Part shown: positions 54,585 through 64,000 of the stretch, piece by piece | Layout: every line of letters starts with the position of its first letter | How positions within the stretch are numbered: position 1 is the first letter of the stretch | Source of the DNA: Lama guanicoe | Lineage: Eukaryota | NCBI GenBank assembly: GCA_013239625.1 | Contig: MU053881.1 | Coordinates: forward strand, 13,158,879-13,222,878 | Length of the DNA stretch: 64,000 nt | Reading direction: 5' to 3' | Position numbers and translations under genes: made by a program | Notes under the pieces: model-generated | Seen by the model: the letters and a program-made list of their open reading frames with translations, nothing else | Database searches by the model: none | What the model was told of the DNA's origin: nothing

Positions 54585-56304
54585 GGAAAGCAGACAAGAT
54601 GGCGGAGAAGTAAAGACCCTGGGCTCACGTCCCCCCACAGGCACACCAAGATCACAACTGCCTGCAGGATAACCCGAGACGAGAAAAACTGCCATCGACC
54701 GGAAGAGACCTTCTACAACTGAAGACATAAAGAAGAGGCTACAAGGAGATGGGTGAGAGGGGTGGATTCTCCATATAATCAAATCCCATACACGGCCCTT
54801 CCCTCTCCTCCACGGGCAACTCACAAACTGAGGAATCACTACATTGCAGAGCTTCACCCAGAGGAGTGAGTTCTGAGCCCCACATCGGGCTCCCCAGCCA
54901 GCAGGTCCAGCACCGCCCCCAGAACATCTGGCTTCAAAGGCCAGTGGGGCTTAACTGCGGGAGCCCAGCAGGACTGGGGGAAACAGAGACTTCACTCTTA
55001 AAGGCGCGCACAAAATCCACACCCCCTCACCCCTCACACAGCAGGACCAGGGGCTAAAGCAGTTGTCTGATAGGAGCCCGGGCCAGACCTACCTGCTGGG
55101 CTCCTGGAGAGCTGGGAGTGGCTGGGCTCACCTTGGGGACACAGACATCAGTGGCAGATATTTTAGGGAAACACTGAACTGCATGAACAGTGCTGCTGCC
55201 GAGCTGGTATCTTGGCTCATTAGCGCGAAGACCTGGCCCCACCCAACAGCCTGCAGGGGCCACTGCTGGGACGCCTCAGGCCACACGGCTAACTGGGCGG
55301 GACACAGCCCCACCCGTCAGCGGACAGGCTGCCCGAAGACTAAAGACCCGCAGCTGCCTCTAGACAGGGCCCTGCCCACACGGGGCCGGGGCCCAGGCCC
55401 AGCCCCACCCACCAGCAGGCGGGCACCCGGAGCAAGAAAACCAGGGTCCCTCACTGCTGGCCAAACCCTGCCCTGGGACCAACTGGGCCCTCACTCTGCC
55501 CACTAGCAGGCCCACACAACCTTTGGGGCACCCCAGACACTATACCCAACTGCGTCGGGAACCCCATACCTCGCTTCCCTCTCCAAAGATCTGAAATGAG
55601 CTCTGGGATCCCTGGGCCCTGCAGCCAGACTCCAGGAACCACCTCCACCTGTCAGTAGTCAGGCACTAGCCCCAGGATCTGGCTTCACCTGCCAGCGGGT
55701 GGCCAACAGCCCCAGGATCTTCAGGACCCTGATTCCACCCACCAGTGAGCCTGCACTAGCCGTGGGGGCCCCCTAAGAGTCCTCAACCAGCCACCTGGTG
55801 ACTAGGACCTGACAAACAGCCAGCAGTACCTGCACAAGACAGGGCCTGGCAGCCACCACACTAGGCGCCAACCAGGCCTACCAGACCACCTGCACAGTCA
55901 GCCCAACTTAGGGGGGACCCCTAGAGCACACAGCTTGGGTGACGAGAGGGGAGAGCACTGCTGGGACGCACAGGATGCCTCCTACAGAGGCCACTTCTCC
56001 AAGCTTGAGAAACACACATAAAAATCCAAATGCAACTTAGACAAAATGAGGCGGCAGAGGAACATGTTCCAGATGAAGGAACAAAATAAAACCCCAGAAG
56101 AAGAACTAAATGAAGTGAAGACAGGCAACCGACCTGAGAAAGAGTTCAAAGTAATGACGGGTAAAATGATCCAAGAACGACTCGGGAGTAGAATGGATTC
56201 ACAGAGTGAGAAGTTAGCAAGTTTTCGCAGAGAGTTAGAAAACAAAGAACAATCAAACAGAGATGAAGAATGCAATAACTGAAATGAAAAACACACTAAG
56301 AAGG
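54585..56304 (+). mobile_element. L1 5'UTR (about 1.45 kb) plus start of ORF1, truncated at the 3' end
   Basis: caagatggcgg YY1 motif at 54595. ORF 56046-56282 MRRQRNMFQMKEQNKTPEEELNEVKTGNRPEKEFKVM is an L1 ORF1 N-terminus. Homology stops at aaaaacacactaagaagg. Confidence 0.93.
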
Positions 56305-56839
56305 AAAAACAATTTTCACAGTATCTCATCTGTGTACCCTTTGCAACAGACAGGAAGCCTTGGCTTCAAAACCTGAATATCTTGGGGAAACTGAGATGAC
56401 TCAACTTGCACAATATACACCAATGTAGAATTTTTCCAAGGCAGTAACCCTTAGGGGGGCCCCGAGTATGCTGGTCTCAGGCAGAACATTATTTTCTGCA
56501 AGGTGGCAGAACTTAGACACTGTACTTGCACTGTTACTGGACCACGGCAACAGGGTGACAAGCTGGTCCCACACACCTTCAGGGGCTGCTCTCCTGCATG
56601 CTAGGAACACACATGAAGTTTGTATTTCTTGCGATTTTCTGACTCCTAACATCCAAGACCGATTGTAACCACAGAAGACATGCAAATCATAAAGCTAATG
56701 TCAGAGAAGACTATAATTATTTACTATGAAGAAATGGTTCTAGAGGGAAATACTCCGAATTTCTTCATTTATATGATGACTCTCACTAAGAATGTACGAA
56801 GTCCATCCAGCACACACTGCATGTTTGATACTGGATACA

Positions 56840-57010
56840 GATTTGTTATTCTTACCCCAGCTGCACGTTAAAATTACCTAGAGGGCTTTAAAAAAAAAAA
56901 AAAAGACCAGTGCTGAAAGCTCATCTCTTAAGATACTAATTTTTTTGGTCTAGGATGAGACCAAGACATTGGTATTCAGCTAACTCTAAGGTGCAGCCAG
57001 GGTGAAGAGA
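56840..57010. mobile_element. MER5A-like DNA transposon
   Basis: ccccagctgcacgttaaaattacctagagggcttt...gatactaat...tctaaggtgcagccagggtgaaga. Confidence 0.7.
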
Positions 57011-57169
57011 AGAAAAGGACATTCTTTCCCAAGTAAATACCACTTTGGTAACTGCTCTCAAGCCAGTCAAAAAAAAATGCCACTTACTACAGTGTTTCAA
57101 AGTGTACTGGAAATTCAGATTAGCAGCATCCACACGTAAGACCCTATATCCTATTAAGATCACTTAATA

Positions 57170-57655
57170 TCAGAGTTTCCCAAAGTCTGGGACACCTGCC
57201 CCTAGTACTTAAGACAATTTTAAGTGTCACATAAGCATAGCACTAAATGACATTGAAATACATCCTTCGAAAGTTTTTGTCTTTTTAATTTTCTCTCAGC
57301 TCATCCAATCATATTAAAGACAAAGTCTCAGTTTATTTGTAATTTGTCTTTATCCACGTCCTCCGATTTGCTAACCTACTTTCTTAGAAGAGCAACAAGT
57401 AGCTTAGCACCGCTGGTAGACGACAGGGCATTATTAAAACGTGAAAGCGCTGCACTGGCTTCACTGTATTTACTTTGCAGTTTTATTCAGGTATGAAAAG
57501 TGAAACTGATTTTCCTGGTTTAATTACTTCTATTAAGTTTATTAAATAATTAGATTTAAAAGACACTGATTTTATCAAAAATATTACGGGAAAAATAACC
57601 AAGTGTCACTCAGATGTGGCAAAACCCATGAAGGTGGTTGAATTTGGGACACAAT
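57170..57655. mobile_element. Ancient non-autonomous hAT-Charlie-like DNA transposon
   Basis: TIR-like ends cagagtttcccaaagt ... aatttgggacaca. Internally similar to 30355-30848. Confidence 0.55.
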
Positions 57656-59671
57656 TGTGAATTTAGATTTCTCGATCCCTCAGTTAATCAGCCTATATTT
57701 GAGACTCTTTTGTGCAAGGAACAGTTGCAGGTAGAAAGAAGTGCAAAAGTACAGTGCTGGTATCAGAACACCTCTCATCTATTTGGGGAGACAAATAAAT
57801 ACCTGAACAGCTAGGAAAAAAATACAACACTTAAATCACACTGCAAGGCATAAGAAAAACACTGTCACATGGTAGAATGTGACCAATCTGTCTGCCAGCA
57901 TCTCCAACTTGATGTGAGGGTTATTTCTATCAACTTGCCTCTGTAATCAGTTCCAAACCTCAATTTCTGTGGTAAGAAGAGTATTTTTCTCTAGAACATA
58001 AAACATTTTGGGGAGCTGATAAAACTTGTGGTTCCTCTTCTAGCTAAATAGAAGGTAATACAAGTAAGTATGATAAAGTGTCCACTTATTTACAAGGAGG
58101 CCATAGGTGGGTGGGAGAATTTCTGTGTACTTTCTCATGGTCCATGAACGAGAGATTAAACTGTCCCAGATTTAGAGTAAGGTCAGAGAGCTAGTGTATG
58201 AAAATAAAGGCTGATTCTAATGCGTGCAATATCAACGTGTATTCAGATGTCTATTCAAGGTATCAAATTCAATATACTTCAGATGCATTGAAAATTCATA
58301 TCACTAAAAAATAGAGAAATGAAATATTTGTTAATATTTAGATGCTCGGAACTATGGAACAAGTCTGTTAAAACTTCACTGAATTTTCATTTTCATGTAG
58401 AAATTTTACCAATATGTATACATCTGAGTGACCAGGATTCTGGAAATTTTTCTTTCTCTGTTTTCTTTTCCCTTCTTTATTTCCTACTAATCTTTATTTC
58501 CTTATAATCTTTAAGTTCAAGTCATATGAATTTGGAATCTGTCCCTGTGGTTGTGGCCAATCCTAGAAGACTATTCTTAAGTGTTCATTATTTGGCTCTT
58601 CTTGGATAAAACACTTTCTCAAAATCAATGTGTCAGTTTATGATCACATTAAAAATTAAATCAAGTCTTATGTTTCAGTTTTGTAACTAGCATTTTTCTT
58701 CTTCCTCATTGCCTCTACCTTTGCTATGTGAATAGTCCATTTTTATTTCTACCGAACGTAAATTTACATAACTAGGAATTATAAATACTCCAGAGCATAC
58801 AAGTTGTGTATTTACTTGCTCATTTGTGATTATTCACAGACATCTCCTATGAGCTAAACACTACTATCAGACTTGGCATTATTACCTTTTTGCCTATTAA
58901 AATATGGTACATTTTTAAATGTTCCATGCTGGTAGTGAGCGTAAGTAGGTGTTCTATGGATGTATGTTAGAAAGTCCACGATGACTTTTGTTCTTGGGAT
59001 TCCAGAACAATGTAAAAAAAAAAAATTCCCAATGGAATTTGAAATCATCCTAACTTCACTGAAAGTTCAAGGGTGTGTTAAATCAGCATGCCCATTTCAT
59101 AGAAAAAAATTGTATATAATAGAAAAAAGGCCACTTTGTATCATTTGCATTTTTACAAATTTAGGTCCTTGTCATACAATAGGTTAGAAACTCTAAAGGA
59201 TAATGAATTCATATTACAAAGAAAGTGCCTTCAGGGAATAACAGCTTACTATCTTTTCTCAGTAGTATATTTTTACCTTTTTCAAGAGACTGCAAACCTA
59301 TTGCTCGAAATGAAAAAAGAGCTCCCACAGAATTCATGCTTCTCCCTGTGATTTCTCTGTCACTATTCTTTCCAGTCTTTCCAATATTCCCAATACACAT
59401 TCACCAGTAGTATCAAAGCAGATCACAGAGCCACTGAGAAGCTTCTGATTCATTCTATCAAGAGTGCACTCTCAAGTTGAAATAAAGGAAATCACCATTT
59501 TGATGTGATCATATTTATGTAAACATTTCTGGAAGAAAATTACCTAGCTAATTATTAAAGCTATTACCCCAGAGCATAAGTTTTCAATTCTCCCAAGCAA
59601 ATAGGAATGAGATTGTTGAGTAATATGTTAGACGTATGTTTAATCTCACACAAAATTGCAAAATTATTCCT

Positions 59672-60163
59672 CATTTTTCTGTTCCCACTAGCAATCATGA
59701 GAGTTCCAGTTGCTCCACATCCTTACCAACACTTGGTCTTGCCAGGGTGGTTCTTATTTGACCCCCTCTGATAGATGTGTAGCAGTATCATATTGTGGTT
59801 TTAATTTGCATTTACCTAATGGCTGATGATGTTCCATTTCTTTTCATGTGCTTACTGGCATCTTAGTAACTTAAATGGATCTCAGAGGTACTCTGCTGGG
59901 TGAACGCTATGATTCTACATATGTGGCGTTCTTGAAAAGAAAAAACTACAGTGATGAATAATAGCAGTTGTTGCCAGGAGTTAAGCGTTGGGGAAGGTTA
60001 TGGCTATGATGGGGCAAGAGAAAGGAAATCTGGGGAGGCAGAATTGTTCAGTATCCTGATTTGGGGTACTGAATTCTGAGGATTCACATGTGTTAAAATT
60101 CATACAACTATATACCAATAAAGGTCTGTTTTGCTCCACATTAACTTAAAAATAAAACAAAAC
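59672..60163 (+). mobile_element. 5'-inverted old L1 (minus-strand ORF2 piece about 59675-59862, plus-strand 3'UTR about 59870-60163)
   Basis: Antisense ORF2 motifs gttccagttgctccacatcctt and ttgtggttttaatttgcattt abut a sense 3'UTR ending aaaataaaacaaaa. TSD caaaattatt at 59659-59668 and 60164-60173. Confidence 0.82.
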
Positions 60164-60899
60164 CAAAATTATTACACTATAAAATAAATTACTGAATTCT
60201 TCAAAATATTCTTTGACATGAGAGCTTTGTGAAATTTCCTGATATTAAAGCATGAGTTAATTGAGTCTAAAAATGTAAAAATCTTCTGGGGAGCAGGAAA
60301 TTTTTATTAATAAAATGGTTTGTTTTTTTTGTCAATTGGGCTCAGAAACTTTTATATCTCTTTCAGATTTTTAGAAGGAATATTACCTTCCCTGGTTCTG
60401 TTTTATGCAGATTAAGTTCAACAATATATTTTATGGATAGGAAGTATGTGTACATTTGTTAATCCTATGAGAATCTGAAAATTTAAAAATCACTCAGGCA
60501 AGTAACTGCTCTCAAACAAAATATGCTGATTAATTTGGAATTAAGAAACTTTTTTTAACATGCAGAGCATTTATCTTTATAAAAATGTATCTGTTTAAGC
60601 ACATTATCATACAATCATTTCATAGTGCCATAATTTTATGGCATTCATAATAATACACTGAAATAATTACCATGCTTCAAAATAGCAGAATCAATAATTC
60701 TTTATTCTGCTAAGATTTTGTAGCAAGAAGGAGAGCAACACTACGTAAACCTGAGGAAGCTACAAGTCAACAGTTTAGGTAATCGCCAAGCAATTGCAAT
60801 TGGTAGGTAAATTGCAACTCTCCCCATTCCCCAGATCCTAGATGCTCACGTCTTCCTTAAGAGCACAGCTGATGGCATGGTTACATGAAGTCTTTCCCC

Positions 60900-61385
60900 T
60901 AACCCAACCCCCTTACCTGTACTACAATTCAAAGTCTTCACTATGACTGCAAGGCTATGCTGTAAGAAGTAGCGTTCTGCCTCCCGAATTCTACATCCTT
61001 GCTCACTGCGCTTCAGCCAATTGGGCTTTTTTTTTTAGTTCCCAAACTACACCAAGTTTTTTCTCCCTTCACGACCCTTGCACCTGCTGTTGAACTTACA
61101 AGAAAGGTCTTCCCTTCAATTTTCTCCTGGCTGAATTTTTAAAATACGCTTATAATCACAACTTCTAGGGGCCTTTCCTGATTATTCAATCTAAATTTTT
61201 TTCTTTTCTTCATCACACCACACTTTTGGCTATTTTGTCAACACTTACCACAATGTGAAGTTTGTTTACTGTCCTCCTGCCCCTAGACTGCAGTGTATGA
61301 GAGGATTAAATGTCTGTTTTTCTCAGTTGTATCCCCAGTCCCTAGTCCAGTGCCAAACAAGTATTAGGGACACCATAAATATTTA
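60900..61385. mobile_element. L2 LINE 3' remnant
   Basis: ttcaaagtcttcactatgac...ctagactgcagtgtatgagagg...tgtatccccagtccctagtccagtgcc. Confidence 0.7.
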
Positions 61386-62116
61386 TTTATGGCAGGAAGG
61401 CAGAAGGCAAGGAGGAGAAAATTTGGTTACTTTGTATTTATTTTCTTTCTCTATTTAGCAGAGCGCTTTAGATCTCAAGAGTCAAATGATATCCCATGTT
61501 AGCCGGTTTCAAGGGGAAAATGGACTGAATCATGTGGATCTGTGGATTTGAAAAATGGTTGAGTGTAAAATGGGTATCTGGTTACACAGCCTTCCTTAGA
61601 TTGGAGGCAATAAGTGAAATCAAACCAATATAGAAGTAGGTGTGTCTATATGAAATTTTATAAAACTATGGTTACAATGGATGAAATATATAATATGGTG
61701 TAACGTTTTTAAAAGCACATCTTTATTCTAGAATGGCCACTCCACAGGAGCAGGGACTGCGTTTACCTTGCTCAGTCCTATAGCTTCTGCATGTGGCAGG
61801 GTGCTGGGAGCACAGTGGGTCAGAATTACAAAAACTGCGATTCACAAAGTAGTCAGAAGGAATTCAGGACACCATTCAGATCACCTAAATAAGAGTGTGT
61901 AACCCCTCTCTTCACACTTCTGCTTTATGTGTATCTGCAGTTTTCTGAAATAGTTCATTGATACTTAAATATCTATTAAGGATCTGCTTGGGAGATTAGT
62001 TATAGCCTGAACTCAAGGATAAGTGGTGTTGGGGATCTGGGTAGAAGGGTAATTAATTGGAAAGGTGCAAAAGAAAACCTGCAAGTGTGATGGAAGTTAA
62101 TACAGACTGGAAATTA

Positions 62117-62203
62117 ATGTATGTGTGAGTGTATATAATGTGTATGTATATGTGTGTGTGTATGTGTGTGTGTGTATATGTGTGTGTGTATATATATATA
62201 TAT
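62117..62203. repeat. Compound (TG)/(TA) microsatellite
   Basis: Seen directly. Confidence 0.9.
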
Positions 62204-63469
62204 GGGGTGGTGGTTATACTGATGCATACATTTGGAAACATTTTATCTAACTGTGCACTTAAATTCTGAACACTTTACTGAATCTAGATCCTGTTCTTGT
62301 TTAACAAAATACTTTGTTAGGAAAAAAGTCTCTGCCGTGCAGTGAAATGAATCAGAAGGTAGCGAAAGTGACATCAAAAAGGTTACCTTACGCAGCTGAT
62401 GCAGTAACCTAGGTGACAGATGATGTTGGGTTTTCACTCTATTATCAGATCCATAAAGCACAAAAAAATGAAAAGTCACTCATGCATGAGTTTGAAAAAG
62501 AAAAGATGAAGAGTCAGTCGTGACCCGTGATATGAATAGAAACCTATCAGCTTAGAATACCTCCTTCCTCTCCAGGTTCAACAGCCATTGCTTTCATATC
62601 AGGGTCCAACATAGACGGAACCATTGAGAGCAGGAACACAGATTTGCTCTGAATCATGAACTGAGTAATTCTGCTCAGAAACTCAAAGGTAATTGCTTCA
62701 CACTATCTCTGAAAAAGGACCTGTGTGTCTATAGATAAAGAAGTTGTCTTCAGGAAGGAACCCCACGTCTCAGCATAGATTTCCTTGTTATTGCGACCTA
62801 ATCCATATGTGTCAGACACATTATCAAGTTCATAACATTGATCTAAAATCAGCGAACAATGTAGGCATTCCAGAAACACAGGAATTTCTGCCCAATTTTC
62901 TCATCTTACACAAATTAAGACAGGGGATTGGAAAATTACAGAATTTTTTATTAAGATACCTGCCTCCTGCTCCCTTCTCAAATTTAGAGTTTAGCAGGGG
63001 TGGAGTGGCTATTTGTGCCTCTAAGAATATCCTCAGAAAATAAATAATAACCCTGTAGTAGGAACAAAAACAACATATAAGGGAAGACTACTATGTGCCA
63101 TGTACTACAAATTATGTCAATTATTCCTCAAAATAAGCTTAGGAAGAATTATTATCTTCCTTTTTTTTTAATATATATATGAAGAGTCTGAGGCTGAGTG
63201 GAGTTAAGTCAGCTTGCTGAGGGCCACCAGGGAGTCAACGTCAGATGGGAATCTGACTCCGGGTCAAGTGCGGCCCCACAGCGTATACTCCTAAGGACTA
63301 CCCTGCACCGTGGGACTCGTTTGCTGTTTTGTTTTGGTCACCAGCCATATAGGCTGGACGTAGGGTGAGATACTAATGGAAAAGATGAAAAGGTTCTTCT
63401 TTCTTGTTTTAAGAGATGATACATTTCAGGAAAAAAGAGATTTAATTCTTATTATTTAATTAAACTGTA

Positions 63470-63850
63470 ATTACTGGGCATTTATTAGTAATGAGGCATT
63501 TTCTAAAAGCCTGGGGCATAGCTGCGGACAAAAAAAAACCCAAAAAAAACAGCATCTCAGCTCTCATCAGGCCTGGATTCTAGCTGGGGGAGACAGAAAA
63601 TAAAAAGTGAAAACAATAGAACACTCAGCCACGTAATAAAGAAAAATTCTACTTGATTACTGGAGGCTATAAGTACTGAGGAAAGGTCAAACACGGAAGA
63701 GGGTAAGTGGGATGGTGTGTACAGGGTGGAGGGATGTTTGCAGCATGACAGTGAATGATCCGAGTAGACACTGAGAAAGTGACATTTGAGCAAAGATGTG
63801 AAGAAGGCAAATTAATCAGTGGGTAGCTGGAAAAAATGCATCACATAGGG
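63470..63850. mobile_element. L2 LINE remnant
   Basis: gcatttattag...ggattctagctgggggagacaga...ctgagaaagtgacatttgagcaaagatgtgaag. Confidence 0.65.
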
Positions 63851-64000
63851 AATATAATATTAAATATGCTTCCTCTGTTGATACCACAACTGTGTCCCAG
63901 AAATGGAAAAAAAAAAAAGGTGAGAAGAGTTCTCCTCTCATTTAACAAAAATACGGTAGACGGCCAAGAAGAGGCAGAATCTTCTAGACGAGGCTAAAAA

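Overview
Mammalian genomic DNA, probably camelid (inferred from a Vic-1-type tRNA-derived SINE at about 43.2 kb). The whole window lies inside one minus-strand gene, GABRG2 (GABA-A receptor gamma-2 subunit). Five coding exons (2-6; 152, 68, 221, 83 and 138 bp) have canonical AG/GT boundaries and splice into one uninterrupted reading frame covering most of the extracellular domain, including the Cys-loop. I did not find exon 1 (expected beyond 64000) or the transmembrane exons (expected before position 1). The rest is intron filled with L1, L2, MIR, MaLR LTR and hAT-type remnants plus microsatellites. Nearly all other ORF-track entries are spurious or L1-derived. I see no evidence of a new multi-gene system. 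The most unusual features are two atypical L1 structures. One joins a CpG-rich L1 5'UTR directly to an L1 3'UTR with no ORFs (about 18.06-19.82 kb). The other keeps its 5' end but stops inside ORF1 and still seems flanked by a target-site duplication (about 54.6-56.3 kb). Several candidate cis-regulatory or RNA-structure motifs are also noted. Repeat family names come from recognising consensus-like sequence by eye, and repeat boundaries are approximate.
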